Notes under the pieces: model-generated | Databases searched by the model: none | What the model saw: the letters and a program-made list of their open reading frames with translations, nothing else | Told to the model about the DNA's origin: nothing | Position numbers and translations under genes: made by a program | Shown: positions 27,106 through 35,707 of the stretch, in pieces | How positions within the stretch are numbered: position 1 is the first letter of the stretch | Layout: each line of letters begins with the position of its first letter | IMG/VR virus record: IMGVR_UViG_2049941000_000294 | DNA from: an uncultured virus (IMG/VR IMGVR_UViG_2049941000_000294) | Lineage: Duplodnaviria > Heunggongvirae > Uroviricota > Caudoviricetes | Length of the DNA: 35,707 bases | Strand: one strand, 5' to 3'

Positions 27106-27497
27106 ACATCCTTTTATCCATCAAGCCCAAGTGGGCTCGCCTGATTTACGAAGGCAAAAAGACAATCGAATGGCGGAAATCCACGCCAAACGCATACCGC
27201 CCTGGAATGCGAGTCTATCTTTACGAATCCGCACCCGTAAAAAAAGTCACCGGTTACTTCGATTACCAAGCTTTTTACGCCCATCTGAACTGCAACAGGC
27301 CCGAAGTCAACTTAAAAGAAATTGACGACCTCGTTAAGCAAGGACGCGTTCCGTTCGAAAAGCTCAAAGCTTACCAGGGAGATTCCGACCACATTGTCGG
27401 ATGGATAGTCAAAAATCCAACAAAGCTCGACATCCCGATGGATCTTGAAGACTTCGGCATCAAACGTTCACCTCAAAGCTGGAGATACACCGAATGA
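27102..27497 (+). CDS. ASCH/PUA-domain protein
   Basis: ILLSIKPKWA.LI..G.KT.E.R, YESAP and PQSW.Y motifs. Confidence 0.88.
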   Translation: MNILLSIKPKWARLIYEGKKTIEWRKSTPNAYRPGMRVYLYESAPVKKVTGYFDYQAFYAHLNCNRPEVNLKEIDDLVKQGRVPFEKLKAYQGDSDHIVGWIVKNPTKLDIPMDLEDFGIKRSPQSWRYTE

Positions 27498-28504
27498 GCA
27501 ACATCACTCTTTGCCGCACCTGGAAAAACGCCGTATTGAACGAATATGGAGTATTCTTGAAGAACATGCTCACTTTCGAATGCGCGGAAGAAAACCGTCC
27601 TGGCATCGGAGCTAGCATCCATTGCGCTATGAAATACCCGAAAGTGTACGTTGAATTTTCGTTATCAGCCAGCTTATCACAAACTGGAGCACTTCCTGAC
27701 AGGGACAGCATGAATTTCGATGTGCACGACAGCGCTTCAGACGTAATGCGATTGGTAACAAACGCCATCGAAGAACGCGCCAAGACGCACAACGTTCCAA
27801 AGAATCTAATTCGCGGCGCACTTGACAAAATGAAGAACGCGATTACAGACGTGTGTATTGACAGCGTTGACGAAGAAAAGGCTCTCGATGAACTTGAAAA
27901 GGATTGTTTTCCAACATGCAAAACATGCGGCGAAGAATACGTCACGCTTCTTGACAATGGCAATTGCGTCGAATGCGATTACAAAATAAAACACCCTGAA
28001 GCACAAAAGAAATATTGCCGCAAATGCATACACTTCCGCAATCACGATCTTTACGACGAAAACGATCACACCGAAAGATGTTGCAAGCTCCACCTCGAAG
28101 GCAAGGACGATGACGAATGGAGTTATCTGTGCAGGGACTACATAGATGCAGATATTCTAGGCTATAAGATAAACGAAAAACTGATTCAATACGCACCGTC
28201 AGGCCGAACGTCAGTCCCTTGCGAAGAGTGTCGTCAAAAAGCAAGATTCCTCTACGACGGACTTTGTTTGCCATGCTACAAAAAGAAACTTCAAAAAGCA
28301 AATGAAATCAAGCGAAGCTTTGAGGCTGAAGGTTGGAAAGAAGTTCCAGAAGCCGAACGTGAAAACGCGATATCCGGAAACTGTTGGATTGACGAACGAA
28401 ACATGGACCCAATGGAACCGAGAAAAGGAACGAGATTTTTCATAATCGACACCAAACAACTTAAATGGTCTTGTTATTTCAGGACCCAAATCAAGAAGGT
28501 TTAA
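27494..28504 (+). CDS. Cys-rich multi-zinc-finger hypothetical protein
   Basis: CKTC, CVEC, CRKC, CEEC, CLPC. Confidence 0.65.
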   Translation: MSNITLCRTWKNAVLNEYGVFLKNMLTFECAEENRPGIGASIHCAMKYPKVYVEFSLSASLSQTGALPDRDSMNFDVHDSASDVMRLVTNAIEERAKTHNVPKNLIRGALDKMKNAITDVCIDSVDEEKALDELEKDCFPTCKTCGEEYVTLLDNGNCVECDYKIKHPEAQKKYCRKCIHFRNHDLYDENDHTERCCKLHLEGKDDDEWSYLCRDYIDADILGYKINEKLIQYAPSGRTSVPCEECRQKARFLYDGLCLPCYKKKLQKANEIKRSFEAEGWKEVPEAERENAISGNCWIDERNMDPMEPRKGTRFFIIDTKQLKWSCYFRTQIKKV

Positions 28505-28505
28505 A

Positions 28506-28934
28506 ATGGAAATTGATATCGAAGAAATCAAAAGAAGAGCCGCCGGTCTTGAAGACCGTTACAAAGCTTTGCGAAAGTCAATCAATAAAGATCCAGCGAA
28601 AAGCGCATCGACGATGCTGCACATCTACAGAAGAAACCTCGACGAGCTCAGTTTCGAAAGACATTTCCTTTGTCAAATCGGAGCGCTTGAACAATATCTT
28701 TCCGATTATCTTGCGGACGCTTTCGAACAGGACATCGGTCAAGTCTTGCACGACAGAATGCAGCAGCGAATTAAATGGCAAGCGGGTTTAATCGACGAAA
28801 CGATTGAGACCAGGAAAAACAAAGGCACATACAAAGGCGAATTCACCACGGACGTAATCCTGGCGAACGCCTACAACGACATTTTCCATTATCAATATAA
28901 AGAATTTAAAATAAAAGAAGGAGAAAACAAATGA
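28506..28934 (+). CDS. Hypothetical protein
   Basis: 142 aa; coupled to the next gene. Confidence 0.6.
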   Translation: MEIDIEEIKRRAAGLEDRYKALRKSINKDPAKSASTMLHIYRRNLDELSFERHFLCQIGALEQYLSDYLADAFEQDIGQVLHDRMQQRIKWQAGLIDETIETRKNKGTYKGEFTTDVILANAYNDIFHYQYKEFKIKEGENK

Positions 28935-29188
28935 CAGAAACCGCCACCGAAATCAAAGAAGAAAAACTGTCGTTCATCATGGACGACGAAGAATTCCTCA
29001 CACGCCTGGGCGCGATGAAGGAAATGAAAATCGGCGCGACTACTCTCGCCAAGGAAATCCGACTAGGCAACATCACGCCATACCCATTTTCGTTCGGTTA
29101 CGGCTTTTCGAAGGCGTCAGTCCGCGAATGGATGAACAACCGAAGGAAGAAGTTCCTTGCGAAACTGAGGGCAAAGAAACAGCAATAG
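28931..29188 (+). CDS. Excisionase-like winged-helix protein
   Basis: LT...A..EMKIG.TTL.KEIR.G.I......F....V.EW; near the integrase. Confidence 0.55.
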   Translation: MTETATEIKEEKLSFIMDDEEFLTRLGAMKEMKIGATTLAKEIRLGNITPYPFSFGYGFSKASVREWMNNRRKKFLAKLRAKKQQ

Positions 29189-29254
29189 ATTTAATGAATC
29201 ACACAACGCCGATGTAATGAAAGTCAATAAATATTCAGTAATGGGAAAATTCGT

Positions 29255-30823
29255 ATGAACGACCAAATAGAAATGTTTGCAACGCCAACAGAAATCCAAA
29301 AAACACCAAAGAAAGCTGAATTAACCGAAATTCTTGAAGTTCTTAAAAGTCAATTTGAATGCAACGATCTATCATTTTTTTTTGACAAAATAGTTGCTGC
29401 ATACACTCAGAACGATTCTGATTTTTACAAAAAGCTGTCTCAAATTATATGCGGATACGAAAACGACTGTATTCGAATGATATACCAATACTGGTGCGCC
29501 GATAGAGAGAACTATCGGCAAGACTTTACTCCTGAAACACTTTCTCAATTAGTTGCCAAGCTCGCTGTTCGCGATGATTTCTATACGATTTTAGATTGCT
29601 GCGCTGGAGTCGGATCGTTGACGCTGCAAGCCGCCAAATTGTTTAAAAATAAAAAATTTACACTATTGGAGAAAAATGAAAAAACTCTTCCTTTTACGAA
29701 AGCGAATGTTAACGCGAATGGAATAAACGCCACCATTATACACTATGATGTTATCGAAGATTTAAATTTAGAGGGTGACGCAGAGGATTCCGCGTTTACT
29801 TGTGATTGCTGTATTTCAAATCCGCCGTTCAACCTCAAATGGCAACATCCATTATTCGCGTTACAATTACCAAGATTTCAAATAGCGTTACCTCCAGAGC
29901 AAAACGCAAACTTTACATTTGTCTTGACAGCAATGTCTCACACGGAAAATATCGGAGCATTTATCCTGCCATGCTCTATTTGCAATTCCGAATACGAAAA
30001 AGACGTTAGAAAAAATCTTTTATTAAAAAATCTTATTGAAGCGGTCATTTCTGTTCCTGGCAGAATGTTTGAAAGTACGGATGTTCCGACAACCATTTTG
30101 CTCATTAACAAGAAGAAAACGACTAAAAAAGTATGTCTTATAAAAATAGATGAAGCCTCTTGTAAAAAAGAAACGAGGCTTCAAAAAGGACAGTTTGGCG
30201 GAACTTCGCACACTAATCGAACTTATGAAAAAATCGTAAATACAATACCAAGCGATTTGCAGGACAAAATTGTTAACGTTATCGATAAAATGACGGACGA
30301 GCCCGGCTTTTCAATTTGTGTAAATTGCGATGAACTTGCGAAAGGAAATGCAGAAATAACACCCGGGATATATATAAATGAAAAGACAGTCAAAGAAGCC
30401 CTGCCAGCAAGAAATCCCGAAGACATCATCAAAGAACTTTACAGCATCAACAAAGAGAAAGATCGACTAAAAATAACAATTAACGCCAACGCTGCTAAAT
30501 GTTTTGGAAATAAATTTTTTATGGCGTGCGCTCAAATACAGCAATCAGCCGAAGCAACTCGAAAAATCAACGATGCCATGACCTCGCTTGGATTTGAATC
30601 AAAAATATGGATTCCAGATCCAATTGCGATATCAAAAGACAAAAACGTTATACGCATTGAGCAAAACTCAGACCTTAACGGCATATCATCAATACTTACG
30701 ACAATGATTAATTGTTGGACTCAGCATATGTGTTACCTTAATCAGAACGAAAATATTTTACTAGCGGAGCTAAGAGACGTTTTGTTGCCAAAATTAATGA
30801 ACGGAACATATAAAGGAAAATAA
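29255..30823 (+). CDS. Orphan N6-adenine DNA methyltransferase, HsdM-like
   Basis: DFTP, LDCCAGVGSL (motif I), ISNPPFN (motif IV), MFEST.VPT. Confidence 0.9.
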   Translation: MNDQIEMFATPTEIQKTPKKAELTEILEVLKSQFECNDLSFFFDKIVAAYTQNDSDFYKKLSQIICGYENDCIRMIYQYWCADRENYRQDFTPETLSQLVAKLAVRDDFYTILDCCAGVGSLTLQAAKLFKNKKFTLLEKNEKTLPFTKANVNANGINATIIHYDVIEDLNLEGDAEDSAFTCDCCISNPPFNLKWQHPLFALQLPRFQIALPPEQNANFTFVLTAMSHTENIGAFILPCSICNSEYEKDVRKNLLLKNLIEAVISVPGRMFESTDVPTTILLINKKKTTKKVCLIKIDEASCKKETRLQKGQFGGTSHTNRTYEKIVNTIPSDLQDKIVNVIDKMTDEPGFSICVNCDELAKGNAEITPGIYINEKTVKEALPARNPEDIIKELYSINKEKDRLKITINANAAKCFGNKFFMACAQIQQSAEATRKINDAMTSLGFESKIWIPDPIAISKDKNVIRIEQNSDLNGISSILTTMINCWTQHMCYLNQNENILLAELRDVLLPKLMNGTYKGK

Positions 30824-30825
30824 CC

Positions 30826-31818
30826 ATGTCCATAACGCTAGTCCAAAAGAACAAATCCAAAGGCATCCTCACCTGGTACGCCCGCGTACCCGATCCGAAT
30901 ACGAAAGGCAAAACACACTTTTTCAGCCTTGGGACAATCTCAAAATCTGATGCGAAACTGCTGATGCAGCAACGTATAAAGGAAGGCGCATACGACCTGA
31001 AAGACAAGACCGAGACAATGACGCTCGCAGAAGCCGCCGTCAAGTTCGAGCAGTACGAGAGGTCGAAGGGAACGAAGCCAAGAAGCATTGACACAATGCT
31101 GCAAGCTCTTTCAATGATAAAGCCTCTTTTTGGCAAGCGGGTCCGCGACATAACGAACAAGGAAATCTCCGAAGCGTTCATGGCTTCTGGCAACAGTCTT
31201 TCTCCAATCACGTACCGCAACCGAAAGAATATCCTCTCGACATTTTTCAATTACCTCGTAGATATCCTCGAAGTTTTCCCGCACAATCCAATACGAAAGG
31301 CGATTCCGCGTCGAAAAATCCCTAAAAAGAAGCGCGATTTCTGGACGTCCGAACAGATCGACAGAATCATTGCGAAAGCCCCGCATCCCCGAATTCGCTT
31401 GCTATGGTCGTTCATGGCTTTCGCAGGCTTACGCGTAAGTGAAGCAAAGGCTATGCGGCCAGAAGCTATCTACGACGGATACATCCACGTAAAAGGCAAA
31501 GGCGACAAGGAAGCAACAATTCCAATATGTCCGCGACTTCAAAGGGAAATCGACCGATACGACCGCGCATGGAAATTCACTTTCTCCGAAGAGCCCTTGC
31601 GCAAGGCCGCCGCAAAAGCCATCCCCGAAGGATTTCCAGGCAAAGCGCACGCGCATCGGTTCAGACACTCTTTCGGATCAAATCTTATCCGCGCCGGCGT
31701 AAACATCAAGATCGTCCAGACGCTCATGAGACACGAGTCCATCACGCTGACGTTGGACACATACGGCCATATCCTGGACACGGACTGCGAAAAGGCAATC
31801 TGCAAAGTTTACAAGTAG
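30826..31818 (+). CDS. int: Tyrosine integrase
   Basis: AGLRVSE, KGKGDK, HRFRH, LMRH, LDTYGH catalytic set. Confidence 0.93.
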   Translation: MSITLVQKNKSKGILTWYARVPDPNTKGKTHFFSLGTISKSDAKLLMQQRIKEGAYDLKDKTETMTLAEAAVKFEQYERSKGTKPRSIDTMLQALSMIKPLFGKRVRDITNKEISEAFMASGNSLSPITYRNRKNILSTFFNYLVDILEVFPHNPIRKAIPRRKIPKKKRDFWTSEQIDRIIAKAPHPRIRLLWSFMAFAGLRVSEAKAMRPEAIYDGYIHVKGKGDKEATIPICPRLQREIDRYDRAWKFTFSEEPLRKAAAKAIPEGFPGKAHAHRFRHSFGSNLIRAGVNIKIVQTLMRHESITLTLDTYGHILDTDCEKAICKVYK

Positions 31819-31821
31819 CTC

Positions 31822-31850
31822 TTGACTTTTCCGAATCTAAAAAGTATATT
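31822..31850 (+). promoter_or_regulatory. Sigma70-type promoter
   Basis: TTGACT-N17-TATATT. Confidence 0.65.
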
Positions 31851-31876
31851 TCTCGTCAGATTATAGCGTTATTGAG

Positions 31877-31908
31877 TCCCGGACACCATCCGGGATTTTT
31901 TATTTTTT
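31877..31908 (+). terminator. Intrinsic terminator
   Basis: TCCCGGA-CACCA-TCCGGGA followed by a T-rich run. Confidence 0.85.
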
Positions 31909-31909
31909 A

Positions 31910-32150
31910 AAAAGTGAATAATCAAAATCATACATGCTTTTTGATTCAGCAACCATGCGGGAAAAGAAGAATTTAATATATTTGTATCATAAAGCTTTTC
32001 AAAAATCAATTTTTTACAAAAATTTCCAAAATTTTATCAAAAAACGCAATTTTTAAATATTTATCCGCTTTCACTTCTTTTCATTTTCTTTCACTGATTT
32101 TCACCAAATTTTACAAACTTTCTTTTAAAAAAGTGTATAAATCCGTGCAT
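31910..32150. other. AT-rich noncoding region, probable attP
   Basis: Between the integrase and the convergent late-gene end, with no gap; core sequence not identified. Confidence 0.45.
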
Positions 32151-32192
32151 ACCAACTTAACGGCCTACAAGTCGCTCAAAAGATCGCAGTCC

Positions 32193-32306
32193 TCATGGTC
32201 GTCGCCGGTTTGACGGCTTCCCACCCCAATCCTTTTCATCGAAAAAGAAAATGCCTGCAAGGACAACAAACAAAATGAACAAGAATAAAATCAAGGCCCT
32301 GATCAT
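32193..32306 (-). CDS. 37-aa single-TM peptide
   Basis: MIRALILFLFILFVVLAGIFFFDEKDWGGKPSNRRRP, 2 nt after the preceding stop. Confidence 0.5.
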   Translation of the reverse strand: MIRALILFLFILFVVLAGIFFFDEKDWGGKPSNRRRP

Positions 32307-32308
32307 GA

Positions 32309-32593
32309 CTATTTTTTTAAGCTTTCCAGCTTTCCTCGGATGTAGGATACATCTGACCTCACGTCTGACATGACGCTCGAAAAATCTTTAAAATCCATTT
32401 CGACAGTGCCTCTCCAGGATTTCAGAGCTGTAATTTCCGATTCGAACACAGCCATCCGCTCGTCGTTGTTTTGTGAATTTGAATGCTGCAAATAAAATGT
32501 CGCCGCAGACAAAAGACCGATGAGAGCAACCATGAGCGGTTTAAAATATTCCATCCACTTTGACGATTCAGACCTTTTCTTTGCTGTACCCAT
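32309..32593 (-). CDS. Single-TM plus coiled-coil protein, holin/hemolysin-like
   Basis: PLMVALIGLLSAATFYL followed by heptads ending DVSYIRGKLE. Confidence 0.5.
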   Translation of the reverse strand: MGTAKKRSESSKWMEYFKPLMVALIGLLSAATFYLQHSNSQNNDERMAVFESEITALKSWRGTVEMDFKDFSSVMSDVRSDVSYIRGKLESLKK

Positions 32594-32663
32594 AAGACCT
32601 CGATATCCGTTATACTTTATACAAAGTATAAATTAACGATTGCTCCAAGATGAATTTAGACAC

Positions 32664-32700
32664 AAAAAAAAGGCAGCCCACATCACTGCAGGCCGCCTTG
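32664..32700 (-). terminator. Intrinsic terminator of the three-gene cassette
   Basis: Minus strand AAGGCGGCCTGCA-loop-TGTGGGCTGCCTT followed by a T run. Confidence 0.75.
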
Positions 32701-32714
32701 AGATTTTTGCACAG

Positions 32715-32960
32715 TTACACAACGCCATTCATCGCGCCAGTCGTCGGCTTCGCCGTAACTTTCGCGGCAGCGACGTCACCGTTACCACGCACGATTTCGT
32801 TATGATACTTGATGGACTTTAGGCAGTCCTTGTAAGCATCAAGAGTCATGTGGTCTTTTATACGGCCCCCATCCTGGTCCACCTGGTCATTCAGGTCTTC
32901 AAGGTGGCGGCAAAGATTATGCTCTGCACGTTCCAGCTCATGTTTGAGTTTATCCGTCAT
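32715..32960 (-). CDS. Small helical hypothetical protein
   Basis: SD GGAGG; overlaps the upstream gene. Confidence 0.65.
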   Translation of the reverse strand: MTDKLKHELERAEHNLCRHLEDLNDQVDQDGGRIKDHMTLDAYKDCLKSIKYHNEIVRGNGDVAAAKVTAKPTTGAMNGVV

Positions 32961-33312
32961 TTACAACCTCCGTCGTTACGGGTGTAGGAGATTCGCCTTG
33001 CTGCATTTTCGCAAGCAAGACCGGAACGTCATCAATCGTGAACGCGAAACCGAAATACGTTATCCTGGGCACAGCCGCGAAGGCAGCCTCCAGCGACGAT
33101 TTCAGAGTTTCAAGATCGACCATGCCTCCGGAAAGAATCCCCGCCATCTCAAGCCACGGACGAACCTTGGCTTTTATAGGTTCAGGATTTGATTTCAAGC
33201 CGACGACGGCTGCCGTTCCAAGCCATTTGTCGATTTGTTTTGGAATGGTTATCACCAGGTCGGACATATATTCCAAGGCGCATTTCACGGCCTTGTCAAA
33301 CGAAATTTGCAT
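32950..33312 (-). CDS. Hypothetical protein
   Basis: SD AGGAGG; 120 aa. Confidence 0.7.
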   Translation of the reverse strand: MQISFDKAVKCALEYMSDLVITIPKQIDKWLGTAAVVGLKSNPEPIKAKVRPWLEMAGILSGGMVDLETLKSSLEAAFAAVPRITYFGFAFTIDDVPVLLAKMQQGESPTPVTTEVVNDG

Positions 33313-33329
33313 AAAGGCGACCTCCTACC

Positions 33330-33761
33330 TTATGCGGCCTGAGCCGTGGTCGTAGTGGTCGGAGTCGGCGTAGTCGTACCCTGCACAACCGGTTGTAAGA
33401 CGTAGCCAGGAGGCGGCATCGGCGCAACGAAAGCCGGACCATAGCCAGGATCAAGCGCACGGTTCGGAACCCGGCGGACAGAGATCTCGGCCATTTGCTG
33501 CTGCAGGTTCAAGATGCTGTCAGACAGAATCTTGTCGCGAAGCGGAGCGGCAGTCTCGATAGCGACAATCTTCGATTCAAGACCCGCAACCTTTTCGGAA
33601 AGCGCGAAGAACTTGTTATCAGAATATTGCTGTGCCTTGAGCTGTGCGATTTCGTTGTCCTTTTGCGACAACTGGTAAATCGGGCTTGCGGTAGGATTCT
33701 GGTTGCCGCCGAAAAGGCCAGCAAGACCATTGTTCAGGATTCCGGAACCAAGAACGGTTCC
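33330..33761 (-). CDS. Gly-rich TM/coiled-coil phage protein, 5' partial (allelic variant at 33772-33900)
   Basis: GTVLGSGILNNGLAGLFGG...KDNEIAQLKAQQYSD...PGYG; near-identical copy across the gap. Confidence 0.65.
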   Translation of the reverse strand, partial: GTVLGSGILNNGLAGLFGGNQNPTASPIYQLSQKDNEIAQLKAQQYSDNKFFALSEKVAGLESKIVAIETAAPLRDKILSDSILNLQQQMAEISVRRVPNRALDPGYGPAFVAPMPPPGYVLQPVVQGTTTPTPTTTTTAQAA

Positions 33762-34064
33762 NNNNNNNNNNCGCCTTGAGCTGTGCGATTTCGTTGTCCT
33801 TTTGGGACAACTGGTAAATCGGGCTTGCCGAAGGATTCTGGTTGCCGCCAAAAAGGCCAGCAAGACCATTGTTCAGGATTCCGGAACCAAGAACGGTTCC
33901 NNNNNNNNNNGCCGCTTCGACCAATGGGCGTAAAAAGCGGTGCCATTTGGAGCGCTCGTTAGGTTTCATAGAACGTCAATCCGTCATGCCTCGCGGGCCC
34001 GGAGAATCGCGATACACTTTGATAAGGACAAAGAAATTTGCCATCTCGCCATTCTTTGTTTTCA

Positions 34065-34509
34065 TTACAGCCCATAATATTCCCGCACCATTTCAGTAGG
34101 CGTCCCAACGTGGCAAAGCTCATCGGCTCGTTTCGCCAAGACATAGTCTATAACGTCGGAAATCTTTGACAAAGTAAAGTCTCCGGTACCCAAATCTGCC
34201 GCATGTCCGTAGAAACACACCATGTTGCCAGCCGTAAGTTCGCCGTCAATATAATCCTTGATTTGCTGTAGCGTATTTGACTGCTGAAGCGAAAACCTAT
34301 GCAAATTTGTAACGGGAGTATCAGGAGTATTTCTATTCGTTGTAGAGTTTGCAATCTCGACAAATCCAAACGCATGAAGTTCGCCTATAATTGGCTTATA
34401 ATTTGTTTCAAACGATGACGAAGGCGCGACAAATCCATTTACAACAAATTTTTTAGACTCCAGCCTTGTTTTCGCAAGTTGCATCGCCGCAAAAGCATCT
34501 TTCTTTGTC
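34065..34509 (-). CDS. C-terminal half of a polysaccharide deacetylase-like domain
   Basis: K..LE...F.V.GFVAP, L.R, IK.YID......V.FYGH, IDY...TP.E pattern of CE4 C-halves. Confidence 0.6.
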
Positions 34510-34519
34510 NNNNNNNNNN

Positions 34520-34871
34520 ATTTAAAGACCTGATGCGCAAGGCCATCATGCACGAATATGAGCACTACCGCCCGCATGTGCCGATGGAACGCAGGGAATG
34601 GATGCGCGACAACCAGCCCGATTTTCTGTGGAATATCGAAGGCCGCGAGTCCGTGGTGACTGAAGACGGCAAGAACATCGTCGTGACGTTCCCGAACGGC
34701 AAAGGCTCCCGATACCTTTACAGCGTCTACGTCGATGCAGAACAGCGTAACCATGGCATCGGCACGGCCCTGATAAACTACGCCAAGGAAGGCGCGAAGG
34801 GAGGCGTTGCACTGCACGTCGCGTCAAGCGACAACGCGGCCCAGAGGCTCTACAAGAGGCTCGGCTTCAAG
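34520..34871 (+). CDS. GNAT acetyltransferase fragment
   Basis: VYVDAEQRNHGIGTALI...N.AAQRLYKRLGF. Confidence 0.8.
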
Positions 34872-35563
34872 NNNNNNNNNNNNNNNNNNNNNNNNNNNNN
34901 NNNNNNNNNNNNNNNNNNNNNNNNNNNNNNNNNNNNNNNNNNNNNNNNNNNNNNNNNNNNNNNNNNNNNNNNNNNNNNNNNNNNNNNNNNNNNNNNNNNN
35001 NNNNNNNNNNNNNNNNNNNNNNNNNNNNNNNNNNNNNNNNNNNNNNNNNNNNNNNNNNNNNNNNNNNNNNNNNNNNNNNNNNNNNNNNNNNNNNNNNNNN
35101 NNNNNNNNNNNNNNNNNNNNNNNNNNNNNNNNNNNNNNNNNNNNNNNNNNNNNNNNNNNNNNNNNNNNNNNNNNNNNNNNNNNNNNNNNNNNNNNNNNNN
35201 NNNNNNNNNNNNNNNNNNNNNNNNNNNNNNNNNNNNNNNNNNNNNNNNNNNNNNNNNNNNNNNNNNNNNNNNNNNNNNNNNNNNNNNNNNNNNNNNNNNN
35301 NNNNNNNNNNNNNNNNNNNNNNNNNNNNNNNNNNNNNNNNNNNNNNNNNNNNNNNNNNNNNNNNNNNNNNNNNNNNNNNNNNNNNNNNNNNNNNNNNNNN
35401 NNNNNNNNNNNNNNNNNNNNNNNNNNNNNNNNNNNNNNNNNNNNNNNNNNNNNNNNNNNNNNNNNNNNNNNNNNNNNNNNNNNNNNNNNNNNNNNNNNNN
35501 NNNNNNNNNNNNNNNNNNNNNNNNNNNNNNNNNNNNNNNNNNNNNNNNNNNNNNNNNNNNNNN

Positions 35564-35707
35564 CGCCACGTTCTGCGCGTAGGTCGTGAGCGCGGTGACG
35601 TTGCCGTTGGTCGTTTCGAGTGCGCTTTGCTTCGCAAACAAGTTCGCAGGGGCTTTCTTTTTGCCGCTTGCTGTCTGCAATTCAACGCTCGCATCAGCGG
35701 TCAGATC
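35564..35707 (-). CDS. Fragment of a possible tail fibre/coiled-coil protein
   Basis: Open frame ...KAPANLFAKQSALETTNGNVTALTTYAQNVA between the window edge and a gap. Confidence 0.3.

Noticed and set aside
31850..32200. tRNA gene or tRNA 3' fragment at the att site
   Set aside because: No T-arm GTTCRA or cloverleaf recognisable
33637..33900. Tandem repeat in the cassette's first gene
   Set aside because: The second copy is N-bounded and differs by a few SNPs, as expected of an allelic bubble
34065..34817. 250-aa minus-strand ORF (and 4573-5436, 21422-22696 as listed in the track)
   Set aside because: The frames are joined across arbitrary-length N gaps

Overview
Gapped scaffold of a temperate tailed phage (about 20 N-gaps). 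It is almost certainly a composite of at least two sibling phage genomes. Minus strand, 1.6-13.9 kb: a lambda-type head module (small and gpA-like large terminase, gpZ-like, gpW, portal, S49 protease with nested scaffold, decoration D, major capsid E, FII, gpU-like). This is followed by a second, divergent copy of scaffold/D/E/FII, then a P2/Mu-type tail chaperone with a -1 frameshift and the start of a tape measure. 14-18.5 kb: a cos-like GC-rich region, an intergenic 34-bp iteron-like array, accessory genes (DUF5678-like protein plus SEC-C aspartic protease; 17-aa peptide plus SLATT-like 2TM protein) and two alternative XRE repressors. Plus strand, 18.3-31.8 kb: early operon (Cro-like, replication-initiator-like, SSB, DEDDh exonuclease, ParB, many small ORFs, ASCH, excisionase-like, orphan N6-adenine MTase, tyrosine integrase). 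After the integrase come a tiny promoter-terminator unit and an AT-rich probable attP, contiguous with the convergent end of the late genes, so this looks like the excised or virion form. All family assignments come from motif recognition and gene order, not database searches.
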